Shown here one piece after another: positions 1-8,552 of a DNA stretch of 39,773 bases. This DNA is from Bacteroides fragilis (lineage in GTDB: Bacteria; Bacteroidota; Bacteroidia; Bacteroidales; Muribaculaceae), in assembly GCA_963641805.1 (NCBI GenBank), contig CAVIEK010000002.1, forward strand, positions 1-39,773, in the 5' to 3' direction. Position 1 is the first letter of the stretch; every line of letters begins with the position of its first letter. A program made the translations under genes and the position numbers. The notes under the pieces are model-generated. The model did no database searches and was not told where the DNA came from. It saw only the letters and a program-made list of their open reading frames with translations.

Positions 1-114
1 CCAAAATCACCTTAATAGCACGAAACATCACGTGATGTTAAAACACTGATTTCACAATAGTTACAACAAACACAACAAGTTGTTACAATTATTTCATGAA
101 GATACTAAAGATAA

Positions 115-157
115 TATGCACACCCACTTGCGAGCAAACGCAATGTGAATGTGCATA
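115..157. terminator. Imperfect hairpin downstream of the GHL10 gene, candidate terminator
   Basis: tatgcaca (115-122) pairs with tgtgcata (150-157), with an inner ttgcg/cgcaa helix; lies about 35 nt past the stop at 192. Confidence 0.45.
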
Positions 158-191
158 CAATCCTTTTCAGTAGCAGAAGGGTGTAGTGTGC

Positions 192-3100
192 CTAAAGCAC
201 CACCTTGACCACACGCTCGGCACCGCTTTCAAGGACGCAACGCAGCAAATACACCCCGCGAGGCAGACTGTGCTCCACCACACAAGTGTCGCAGGCGGTG
301 AGCAAAGTGCGACCGGCTGTATCGAGAAGTCTTGCCGCTGCTACCTTTTCGCTCAACCTTATCATACCGGGCTCGACATCCACGGTCGGGCCTCCATCGG
401 CATCAACTTGGATTATGCCCGACTGGCCTATGCCCATCACATAAGCCGCCATGCCATTGCCGGGAACGTAAAGATAAATGCTGGCCGAATTGCCGTCGGG
501 TGCAGACTTGGCTGCAGCAAGGGCATTCCACGTCTGACTGTTGACCGAGCCGAGACCACCGTCAGGGAGCGTCCACAATGGCACACTGCCTGAGAGTGTG
601 CCGCCATCGCCCAGCCTTGCAATTGTGAAACGGAAACCAGTGTCACATGTATGGTCATTGACAGGCAGCACGATGTAGTCGGCATCATTGAGCGAGAAGC
701 GTGCCAGACCGTTGGCTTGACGGTAACCCTTGAGCACGGCGGTCTCACTGTCGAATTCCTGTATCACATTACCTGAGGTGAAGTCGTAGAGCACAGGATC
801 TGTACCCCCACCCTTAACATAAGCCAAGCCGTCGCTGACCGGCCACACACGCGGTGCAATGCCAAGCGACGACACCGACGACGGCACGAGACGTTTCACC
901 TTCACCACCTGAGTGCCTTGAAGCGAGCCGTCCCTAATGGTCCATCTCACGAGTTGAGTGCCGCTTGCCATAGCGGCAAAGACGGTGAAGTTGCCAGTAG
1001 TCACATCGCCCCACACATTGCAGTGGTCGATGCGGGCAGTAGAAGCCGCGTCCGTAGACACCGAGGCAACCACACGCGCCAATCCCGTCTCGGGGTCGAC
1101 CAGACAAAGCGTGAGCGGAGTCGAGGCGATCTTGAGCGTAAGATTGGATATTATCACATTGCCGGCATTGTCGGTAAAGATGTCGTTGCCAGGATAGTAT
1201 CCCACTTGTGCATCATCGCTCACCTTCACGGATTTGAGCCGTTCGCCCGTGGTCACGTCATAATGATTGATGTAGACCGAGGCTCCGCTTGAGTTCTCAG
1301 TGCGTCCCACCACAAGCAGACGGTCGCCCCACAATGTGAAGCCACGGTTGCACAAACCATTAGAGTCAAACGTGATATTGGAATACGGCTCCTTCACCGA
1401 GCGCACCCATGCGTTGACAACAGAGGCTGTTGCCCCGCCAGCCAAAGCCACCTGGCCGTAGGATGCGGTATCACGCCGCATCACATAGCCCGGCTCATAA
1501 TTGCCAGTGGGCACCTTGGTGATGGTGAAAGAGCGCGGCGAGGTGGCTGTATCAGTGCAATACTCGGCACCCGTAACCACACGCCAGTAATAAGAGCCCT
1601 TGCCTATGGCTGCAACCTCGCACAAGGCTGTCATTTTGCCGGCGGTCTCCTCCATATCGCGAGACCACGCCACATTGCCGAAATCGGCTGTGGGACTGAC
1701 CTCTACGGTATAGGTCTGCGCATTCACCTTAGCACATTCAAACACAAAATCGTCGGCGACCTCGGCCCCGTCGGCAGGACTGAGCAACGTGGTCAACGGA
1801 GCAGACTCGCGCTTGGGCGAGAGGAACGAGGCAACAGAACTCACTTTAGGGAACTTTCCTTTCTGCGATGTGGTGACACGCCAATAGTAGGTAACAGCCG
1901 ACTCGAGCGCAGCCAGGTCGAGCGTCACTTGATTGTCCGTGATTCCTGTCTGCTCAAGCACAATCGACGAGAAGCCCTTGTCACGCGCCACCTGGACACG
2001 GAAAGTAGCAGGCTGCGATGTCGCTGACCACTTGAAATTCTGCCGCCATTGAGCCTGGGAGCCTCCGACGGGACTTTCAATCGTTACGGTCTCAGCCTCG
2101 CCGGCAGGCGCATTGAGGTAAGACGGATCAAACTCATTGTTCCATCCGTCGACCACGCTCACGGCATACCAGTGGCCATCGATGAGACTGTCGGGAAGTG
2201 TGTAGGTTGGCTCATAGGTGAGAGCCACAAGGTAATCACTCTTTATGCCGGAAAACTTGCTACTCAAGATGCCGTCGGGCGACACAGTGTCGGGCATTGC
2301 ATATATCGCATACTTGATTAGCGACTTGTCTATGCCGGTCCACGACAGAGTGTTGCCGGTTAGCGACAGTCCGCCGGGAGCGTCATAGCTTGTTTTGGGC
2401 TTCCATGTGAGAGCCGGGATTATGGCCTGATGCTGAAAGCGGTTAGCCTTCAGATAGTCGCCAAGTCCCTTGCAAGTAGGGCCGTTGATGTATTTTGCCG
2501 AATAGAAGTTCACGCCCGGCGCATTGTCCTCGTTGTATTGCCGCGAGAAGTCGATTTGCTTTATCACCTCGTCCCAGTCAGATTGGGTATTGGTGCTTGC
2601 CATAAAATAGATGTTGTGGCTTGCATAGTGATGGCGGCCAAAGTGGTGCGCCACATAGCTCCACCACTTGGTGAGCGGGCCAAACGGGTTGGTCTTGTGA
2701 TTGGTCTTCCAATAGAGCTGAGGAGAGATGATGTCGATGGTGCCCTCCTCAAGCCATGCGAGCGGGTCGCTGTAGATGGTGTTGTATTGCCAGTCGCTAC
2801 CCGTAGGGCACGGGTCGACATTATGCTTCGAGGCCGAAGTGGAAGCCGTTCCAGCCACACCGGCAGGTCCTATCCAGAATTTCACATATGGTTTGGTGGC
2901 CTGCACCATATCATACACCTCGCGCACCATGAGATTGACATTGGCGCGTCGCCAGTCGGAAATCGACATCGACGTGCCGCTGCTCTTCCACAGTTCATAG
3001 TCAGGAGCGGAAGAATCAGTGGCAAGTCCGGCTCCTGGATAGAAGTAATCGTCGAAGATGATGCCGTCGATGTCGTAATTGGTTATCATCTCGCGGCACA

Positions 3101-3641
3101 CATCGACCACGCGCTTGCGCGATGTCTCAAGGGCGGGATTGAACACTTGGTCGCCATTGTTGTCGATGAGCACGCCCGACGCCTTCACGGCCTCGTCCTG
3201 CTCAGTGGTGTTGTCGGCACCGCCCTTCTTGCTGAACCGGTAGGGATTCACCCAGGCATGGAACTCCATGCCTCGCTTGTGGCACTCGGCCACCGCATAT
3301 TCCATGGGATCCCATCCCGGATCCTTGCCGCGTGTGCCTGTGATATAAGCCGACCACGGCTCATAGCTCGATTTGTAGAGGGCGTCGGCCATTGGGCGCA
3401 CCTGAAGGCAGACAGCGTTCATGTTGATTCGGTGAAATCCGTCAATGTAGCTAAGCAGCTCGGCCTTTTGCTTGGCAATCACCGTGGAGCCGGTGCCACG
3501 GGTCTGAGGCCAGTCGATATTGGCCACTGTGGCTATCCACGCCGTGCGCATTTCACGCTTCTGTGCTTCTTCGGCCCGGACACCCAGGCTGCCTAGAGCC
3601 GTAAATGCCAGCAGCGCCGCAAACAATAGTTTTCTTGTCAT
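192..3641 (-). CDS. Secreted GHL10/DUF187 (YddW/DigH-like) glycoside hydrolase with Ig/FN3-like modules, probable beta-propeller and T9SS C-terminal sorting domain
   Basis: ORF 192..3920 trimmed to ATG 3641 (MTRKLLFAALLAF signal peptide). GHL10 hallmarks EMRTAWIATVANIDWP, QVRPMADALY, EFHAWVNPYR, YDIDGIIFDDYFYP, PQLYW; two YYWRV repeats; C-terminus LPRGVYLLR...VVKVVL typical of type A T9SS CTDs. Confidence 0.85.
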   Translation of the reverse strand: MTRKLLFAALLAFTALGSLGVRAEEAQKREMRTAWIATVANIDWPQTRGTGSTVIAKQKAELLSYIDGFHRINMNAVCLQVRPMADALYKSSYEPWSAYITGTRGKDPGWDPMEYAVAECHKRGMEFHAWVNPYRFSKKGGADNTTEQDEAVKASGVLIDNNGDQVFNPALETSRKRVVDVCREMITNYDIDGIIFDDYFYPGAGLATDSSAPDYELWKSSGTSMSISDWRRANVNLMVREVYDMVQATKPYVKFWIGPAGVAGTASTSASKHNVDPCPTGSDWQYNTIYSDPLAWLEEGTIDIISPQLYWKTNHKTNPFGPLTKWWSYVAHHFGRHHYASHNIYFMASTNTQSDWDEVIKQIDFSRQYNEDNAPGVNFYSAKYINGPTCKGLGDYLKANRFQHQAIIPALTWKPKTSYDAPGGLSLTGNTLSWTGIDKSLIKYAIYAMPDTVSPDGILSSKFSGIKSDYLVALTYEPTYTLPDSLIDGHWYAVSVVDGWNNEFDPSYLNAPAGEAETVTIESPVGGSQAQWRQNFKWSATSQPATFRVQVARDKGFSSIVLEQTGITDNQVTLDLAALESAVTYYWRVTTSQKGKFPKVSSVASFLSPKRESAPLTTLLSPADGAEVADDFVFECAKVNAQTYTVEVSPTADFGNVAWSRDMEETAGKMTALCEVAAIGKGSYYWRVVTGAEYCTDTATSPRSFTITKVPTGNYEPGYVMRRDTASYGQVALAGGATASVVNAWVRSVKEPYSNITFDSNGLCNRGFTLWGDRLLVVGRTENSSGASVYINHYDVTTGERLKSVKVSDDAQVGYYPGNDIFTDNAGNVIISNLTLKIASTPLTLCLVDPETGLARVVASVSTDAASTARIDHCNVWGDVTTGNFTVFAAMASGTQLVRWTIRDGSLQGTQVVKVKRLVPSSVSSLGIAPRVWPVSDGLAYVKGGGTDPVLYDFTSGNVIQEFDSETAVLKGYRQANGLARFSLNDADYIVLPVNDHTCDTGFRFTIARLGDGGTLSGSVPLWTLPDGGLGSVNSQTWNALAAAKSAPDGNSASIYLYVPGNGMAAYVMGIGQSGIIQVDADGGPTVDVEPGMIRLSEKVAAARLLDTAGRTLLTACDTCVVEHSLPRGVYLLRCVLESGAERVVKVVL

Positions 3642-3703
3642 TGTATAAGTGTTAATGTTGTATGATGTGTGAATTAATTCCAGTTCATGTTGCTGATACT
3701 CCA

Positions 3704-3734
3704 CAAAGATACTACCTTTGAGAGAATAAGCAAA
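3704..3734 (-). promoter_or_regulatory. Bacteroidetes sigmaA-type promoter for the GHL10 gene
   Basis: Minus strand TTTG (3734-3731), 19-nt spacer, TATCTTTG (3711-3704); matches the -33/-7 consensus. Confidence 0.7.
3713..3720 (+). promoter_or_regulatory. Candidate -7 element for the ECF operon, back-to-back with the GHL10 promoter
   Basis: TACCTTTG fits TAnnTTTG; GTTG at 3689-3692 is at 20-nt spacing. Confidence 0.4.
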
Positions 3735-3770
3735 GACTGGGCATGAAATTGGAAAAATATTCTCCACGGC

Positions 3771-3800
3771 TGCAACCGCATAGCCTCCCGTGTGCGTCAA
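3771..3800 (+). promoter_or_regulatory. Candidate ECF-sigma-dependent promoter
   Basis: TGCAACC (3771-3777), 17-nt spacer, CGTC (3795-3798): the AAC/CGT architecture of ECF promoters, directly upstream of an ECF operon. Confidence 0.55.
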
Positions 3801-3846
3801 ATGCATGACAACCCGATTACAAGACACTAAAAACGCATAAGCAATT

Positions 3847-4680
3847 ATGAACAAACTCCACATCTTATCACTACTCGCTACCGCAATGATTGCTGCAGCG
3901 CCATGCGAGACCAACGCCAAGTCTCAGGTTACCACACAAGGCGACACCACCACTGTGGTCGTAGGAGCCGACACCGTGCGACTGGTGGGAGGAAAGGCCA
4001 TTGAGAATGTCATAAAAAGCAAGCTCAACGACACCATATACGATGGCGAGAGCGAGGAGCAGCAGGACGACAGCGAAATCACTGCCGCCAGCAACAGATA
4101 CGACAGCTACGACGAGTATCGCATAGCAAAAATCGATTCGGAAAACCAGTTGATAAAGCTGACGGTGTTTGCCGTGTTCACGGCATTCGTGCTCATTGTG
4201 TTTATCGTAGCGTTGTTTGCCTATCTGCAGCGCCGAGCCAAATACCGCATGATTGAGAAAGCCATCGACAAGAACTACAAACTGCCTGCCGAGTTCACCA
4301 CAATCAAACAACCAGTGATGCGGCAGCCGGCTTACACCAACCCCTGGGACACCCCCACGCCGACTGGGATGAAGCCACAATCCGCCACACAAGCAGGAGC
4401 GCCCATATACAACTGGCGCGCATTCAAGAAAAGCATCATTGTCATAATAGTAGGACTTGTATTGGTACTATTCTTCTTGAGCATCCACGCATTTGGCATG
4501 GCATTCCTCTGCTCCGGCATACTGCTATACGGCCTCGCCCAAGCATTCTTCATCTATCAAGACCAGCGCAACACAACGCCTTACCACACGGTTCCGCCAC
4601 AAGTGCCCTCACAGCCCCAACAGCATCCAGAGGACACCAGCGCCGACACACAGACCGATATTGACGAACGGCAACAATAA
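3847..4680 (+). CDS. Membrane protein, DUF6249-like, with N-terminal signal peptide (ECF-associated)
   Basis: Signal peptide, one TM followed by RRAKYRMIEKAIDKNYKLP, two C-terminal TMs; immediately upstream of an ECF sigma. Confidence 0.7.
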   Translation: MNKLHILSLLATAMIAAAPCETNAKSQVTTQGDTTTVVVGADTVRLVGGKAIENVIKSKLNDTIYDGESEEQQDDSEITAASNRYDSYDEYRIAKIDSENQLIKLTVFAVFTAFVLIVFIVALFAYLQRRAKYRMIEKAIDKNYKLPAEFTTIKQPVMRQPAYTNPWDTPTPTGMKPQSATQAGAPIYNWRAFKKSIIVIIVGLVLVLFFLSIHAFGMAFLCSGILLYGLAQAFFIYQDQRNTTPYHTVPPQVPSQPQQHPEDTSADTQTDIDERQQ

Positions 4681-4703
4681 GCTCATCGCCCCACAAAGAA
4701 AGC

Positions 4704-5261
4704 ATGCTGAGCAAGATTGAAGAACTGAGACTGATCTCACTATGTGTGATCAGCGACGACCGACAGGCGTTTGGCCGGCTCGTAGAAGCCTACCAAGTGC
4801 GCCTGCGGCATTTCTTCCTTAATCTCACACTCGGCAACGACTGCCTGAGCGACGACCTGGCTCAAGAGACCTTCATAAAGGCCTACTTGAACCTACGCAG
4901 TTTCAAGGGATTGTCGGGGTTCGGCACATGGCTGTACCGCATCGGCTACAATGAGTTCTACAACGAGATGCGCCGACGCCATGAAGAGAGCGAGGAGGCC
5001 GGTGCTGTCAAGGCACGTTCGCTCACAGGTGACGACATCGAGTCACGAGCCGATGCCCGGACCGACGCCGAGACACTGATGCGGTGTCTCACACCGCCCG
5101 AGCGCACCGCCGTCACACTTTACTTCATCGAGGACTGCCCTATCACAAAAATATCGAGAATCATGCAGATGCCGGCAGGCACTGTAAAGTCGCATCTACA
5201 CCGCGCCAAGGCAAAAATGAGACAAGCCGCTGCCGACGACGCACTACAAGCCACAAAATAA
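4704..5261 (+). CDS. RNA polymerase ECF sigma-70 factor
   Basis: Region 2 (AFGRLV, DDLAQETFIKAY, FGTWLYRIGYN) and region 4 (LTPPERTAVTL, GTVKSHLHRAK). Confidence 0.95.
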   Translation: MLSKIEELRLISLCVISDDRQAFGRLVEAYQVRLRHFFLNLTLGNDCLSDDLAQETFIKAYLNLRSFKGLSGFGTWLYRIGYNEFYNEMRRRHEESEEAGAVKARSLTGDDIESRADARTDAETLMRCLTPPERTAVTLYFIEDCPITKISRIMQMPAGTVKSHLHRAKAKMRQAAADDALQATK

Positions 5262-5277
5262 TTGAACTTATCACAAT

Positions 5278-5610
5278 ATGACTTCCACCCGACACAAAAC
5301 GCTCGACAACCAAAGCGATCATTCTCTAGCCACGAGACTAAAGAGAGGCTCAGCACAAGCCGGCAACAACCCGTGGTTCACCCAACGTGTGCTCCATCGC
5401 CTCCCCCCAAAAAAGCCACAAGGAGCCGGAGTGATCGGAACAATATGCTACACACTTATGGTGATGGTGTGTGCCGTGGGGTGGGCTATGGTAGTGCTGC
5501 ATGGCACGAACGTGGTCACAGTGGGCAATATAACCTTCACCGTCACACTCTGTGCCATGACTATAGGCGTGATTTGCTCAATGGTGGAACCGCTGCTGAA
5601 AGGCGACTGA
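5278..5610 (+). CDS. Small 2-TM putative anti-sigma factor (DUF5056-like)
   Basis: NPWFTQRVLHRLPP motif followed by two hydrophobic helices; 16 nt downstream of the ECF sigma. Confidence 0.7.
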   Translation: MTSTRHKTLDNQSDHSLATRLKRGSAQAGNNPWFTQRVLHRLPPKKPQGAGVIGTICYTLMVMVCAVGWAMVVLHGTNVVTVGNITFTVTLCAMTIGVICSMVEPLLKGD

Positions 5611-5635
5611 ACCGTCACTTGGCCAAACAAACAGT

Positions 5636-5678
5636 TCCGCGCCGCTGCACCCTTTATCACATGGTGCAGCGGCGCGGA
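5636..5678. terminator. Bidirectional intrinsic terminator between convergent genes
   Basis: Perfect stem ccgcgccgctgcacc / ggtgcagcggcgcgg followed by a T-rich tract. Confidence 0.85.
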
Positions 5679-5702
5679 TTTTCGTTTATTCCTCAATTGA
5701 AA

Positions 5703-6572
5703 TTACTTGATGAATTGCTTGAAGAAGTTCCACAGTTCCTCTCCTGTGTTCAGATCTTTGGCGTGCCAACTGTGGGGGCCGCCCACCACTTGGTACCACC
5801 ACACCTGTGTGCCACCTATGCCACCAGTATACTTATGGCGGATTGTGATGTGTCCATTTGCCCCTTGTTTGCTCGGAATAGTATCAGTGACTACGGCCGA
5901 GCAACGGTCACGAGCCACCCAGTAGCCCACGCTCATAGGGACCGAGATATAAGGATCCCAGCCCGTCTCGCCGGCGATGTCGCCATCCCACACACTCACC
6001 TTGTCGGCAGTGCCGTGAATCTCGAGAATCGGCACGGGCCGAGGAGCCGTAGGGCCATCATATAGCCATTTTTGGGTTTGTCCGGCCACCGAGCCATAGG
6101 CGCTGAACACCATGGTTCCACTATAGGCAAGCGAGTAACACATGTCGCCGCCATTGCTCATGCCGGTGGCGAAAGTGTTGACAGTGCTCAAATTGAATTG
6201 CCTCTGCACATGCTGAGTGATGGCAACCACGTCGTCAACCTCATTGTTGCGCAAAGCTGCCTGGCTAGGATATTTCACATTCCATCCCCAGTGTCCGGTA
6301 GTGTCACGCACTCCGCACGGATAGCACACGGCGAAGCCCTCACGATCGGCCACCGGATCAAGGTCGTAGCGGCTCGGCTTCACCCACGAGCCATATCCGT
6401 GCATGCACACCACGAGCGGAGCGCCCGGTTTAATTCCGGCAGGAAGATACACCTTGTAGCGCCTCATCATTCCATTCACGAGGCAAGAGTCGGTCACATA
6501 GCGTTGAGCCATGACCGCCGGAGCAGCCATGAGCAAAGCCATTGCAATGAATAATTTTCTGTTAAAGTTCAT
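5703..6572 (-). CDS. Secreted alpha/beta-hydrolase esterase (LpqC / PHB-depolymerase-like)
   Basis: Signal peptide; PLVVCMHGYG, nucleophile elbow GMSNGG, ILEIHGTAD, GGPHSW. Confidence 0.85.
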   Translation of the reverse strand: MNFNRKLFIAMALLMAAPAVMAQRYVTDSCLVNGMMRRYKVYLPAGIKPGAPLVVCMHGYGSWVKPSRYDLDPVADREGFAVCYPCGVRDTTGHWGWNVKYPSQAALRNNEVDDVVAITQHVQRQFNLSTVNTFATGMSNGGDMCYSLAYSGTMVFSAYGSVAGQTQKWLYDGPTAPRPVPILEIHGTADKVSVWDGDIAGETGWDPYISVPMSVGYWVARDRCSAVVTDTIPSKQGANGHITIRHKYTGGIGGTQVWWYQVVGGPHSWHAKDLNTGEELWNFFKQFIK

Positions 6573-6617
6573 CTTATTAATGGTTTTAATTTTACGTTTA
6601 TTAGCAAGAAAACCGCA

Positions 6618-8384
6618 TCAACGGGCACCGGCTAGCTGTCCGAGCATCCAGGTTGTGGATGCCGTACCGTCCATGGTGGGCTCATTGGTGCTGTAGTCAC
6701 AATAGTCATCGTGATATACCGCCATGGCGCTTTGGAAAGGGGCATATCGGTCGACATTGCGCAGAGTCACGCCCTTGAGTGAGCGGAATATAGTCTGTGA
6801 GACAGGGCCATCAACGAGTCCGCCGGTAATCGGGTAGCCATAGCCGTTGCTCAACATCGAGTGGGTGTCACGCGGATAGTCGCCACTGGCGGGCAGCCCC
6901 ACAATCATGCACTTGCCCCACGGATTACATCCGAACAGCCAGTCGCGCATGGCAGTCTCAATCTCTTGAAACTGCAAGTCGCCCGACAGCTGACGGTAGA
7001 GCATGGCCTGGGTCACGAAAGCCACGGTAAGATTGTTGCTGCACCACACAAAAGGCACACCGTTCATGAATGCCGCATTGCTTCGGGCACGGTCTGCCAC
7101 ACGCTGCAATCCCGAGCGCATGTTGAGCAGCGCCTCTTGCCGCTGTCGGTCGGTGCCATGCATGGCAATCACCGCATGCCCGAGGTTGACAAACGGATAC
7201 CACTGGTAGTGGCGCGCGCTATCAGCTCCCATCCACGGCGTGACAGGTTCCTGACGCTCCCACTCCACGGCCTCGCCCATCAAAGACGCATCATCGGCCG
7301 CCGAGGCAATAGTGGCAGCAGCCAGCTCAAGGTCGTCGGTCCAATTGTCTTCCTCATAAAAATACGGCGACACCGTACTCACCGTCTGGCAGTTGCCCGG
7401 ATTGGCCTTCGCCACGGCATAAGCAACCGTGGCCTTGCGCTTAAGGATTGACGCGAACTCGGCATCATACCCCGCAAGCACCTGTGATCCCAGCGAGAAA
7501 GCAGATCCGAATTTTGCCACCGACGAGGCGAGCCCGCGGCTGCGGTTCTTGTATTGGCGCAGTCCGGCCGGATGGCCCAGGCAAGGATACACCGGGCGGT
7601 CCTTGCCGTTACCCCATCCATAGTCAGTGGTCTGCCCCACGGGCAGCCCCGTCCAGGCATGGTCGCGGTCGTCGGCTATCTGGTTGTAGTAAGTGGAATC
7701 ATTTGGGTTCATCTTAAGCAGCCATTCAAGTCCCCACCGGGCTTCATCGAGAATGTCGGGGACACCATTGCTCCCCTTCTCACCGCGTGCGTTGTAGTCG
7801 TCGGCCCACACAGTGGGATTCTGCGCATAGGCAAACAGCAACTGGTATACGGCATTGGCCGATGTGGTCAGATATTGCAGATAGTCGCTTGCGTCGTGCC
7901 ATCCGCCAGTGACATCGACATACTCACCATCACGTGCCCCGCTCAACTGCAGACGCCCGTCACGTGTGTGGCACGAGTCGCGCAAGAACGGATTCCACCC
8001 GCACCGCTGCTGCCGCATGTAATAAAGGGGGATTTCCTGAGCGCCACGGTAAGCGTCGTTGCCTATGCGAAACGTGGCCGAGCGGGCTCCTGCAGCGGTC
8101 ACATAGTAGTTGCCCGGGGTTGTAACCTGCGAGAAGTCGAGTCGGGCAGTCATCGCCATAGACCCTAATCGGCCTGTTGGGCGCACAGAGGTGAGCTTCA
8201 AGCTCTTACCGCTTGAAGCATCGGTCACAGTGAAGTGATCGACCTTTCCTCCATCGGGAAGAAGCAGCACTGCCACCTTGACATCGTGCTCAAGGTAGCC
8301 AAGCTGATTGACACGGACATGATTGGCCGCAAGACATTGCAGAGCAGCCAGCACCAGCATAATGGAGCATCTGATTCGGCTCAT
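6618..8384 (-). CDS. Glycoside hydrolase family 9 with N-terminal Ig-like domain
   Basis: Signal peptide; VRVNQLGY; GGWHDASDY (DAGD variant); DILDEARWGLEWLLKM; YHDDYCDYSTNEPTMD catalytic Glu region. Confidence 0.9.
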   Translation of the reverse strand: MSRIRCSIMLVLAALQCLAANHVRVNQLGYLEHDVKVAVLLLPDGGKVDHFTVTDASSGKSLKLTSVRPTGRLGSMAMTARLDFSQVTTPGNYYVTAAGARSATFRIGNDAYRGAQEIPLYYMRQQRCGWNPFLRDSCHTRDGRLQLSGARDGEYVDVTGGWHDASDYLQYLTTSANAVYQLLFAYAQNPTVWADDYNARGEKGSNGVPDILDEARWGLEWLLKMNPNDSTYYNQIADDRDHAWTGLPVGQTTDYGWGNGKDRPVYPCLGHPAGLRQYKNRSRGLASSVAKFGSAFSLGSQVLAGYDAEFASILKRKATVAYAVAKANPGNCQTVSTVSPYFYEEDNWTDDLELAAATIASAADDASLMGEAVEWERQEPVTPWMGADSARHYQWYPFVNLGHAVIAMHGTDRQRQEALLNMRSGLQRVADRARSNAAFMNGVPFVWCSNNLTVAFVTQAMLYRQLSGDLQFQEIETAMRDWLFGCNPWGKCMIVGLPASGDYPRDTHSMLSNGYGYPITGGLVDGPVSQTIFRSLKGVTLRNVDRYAPFQSAMAVYHDDYCDYSTNEPTMDGTASTTWMLGQLAGAR

Positions 8385-8538
8385 AGCTTAATTTGAGTTT
8401 GTTCTGATAAATGATTTCAAGTGCGTAAAGATAGTGATTTTTTCCCAAACGGCATCCATGACCGGTATTCTATGTGAATCCTTATGCTAATTAATGCGAA
8501 ATGCGTGGCGGTGTCTTCTATATTAGCACAAAACGTAG

Positions 8539-8546
8539 TAACTTTG
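8539..8546 (+). promoter_or_regulatory. -7 promoter element
   Basis: TAACTTTG 6 nt upstream of ATG 8553. Confidence 0.6.
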
Positions 8547-8552
8547 CATAAT

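Noticed and set aside
2430..3596. 388-aa plus-strand ORF antisense to the GHL10 gene
   Set aside because: Shadow ORF consistent with codon bias of the real gene; no recognisable motifs
3642..3920. N-terminal extension of the GHL10 ORF (similar extensions at 8484, 11177, 23068, 26518, 26806, 31196, 33239)
   Set aside because: Most extensions overlap promoters or neighbouring genes; family-typical N-termini or signal peptides begin at downstream ATGs
5262..6065. 267-aa ORF starting right after the ECF sigma stop
   Set aside because: Runs through a strong terminator and antisense into the esterase; the 5278..5610 frame has the anti-sigma-like features
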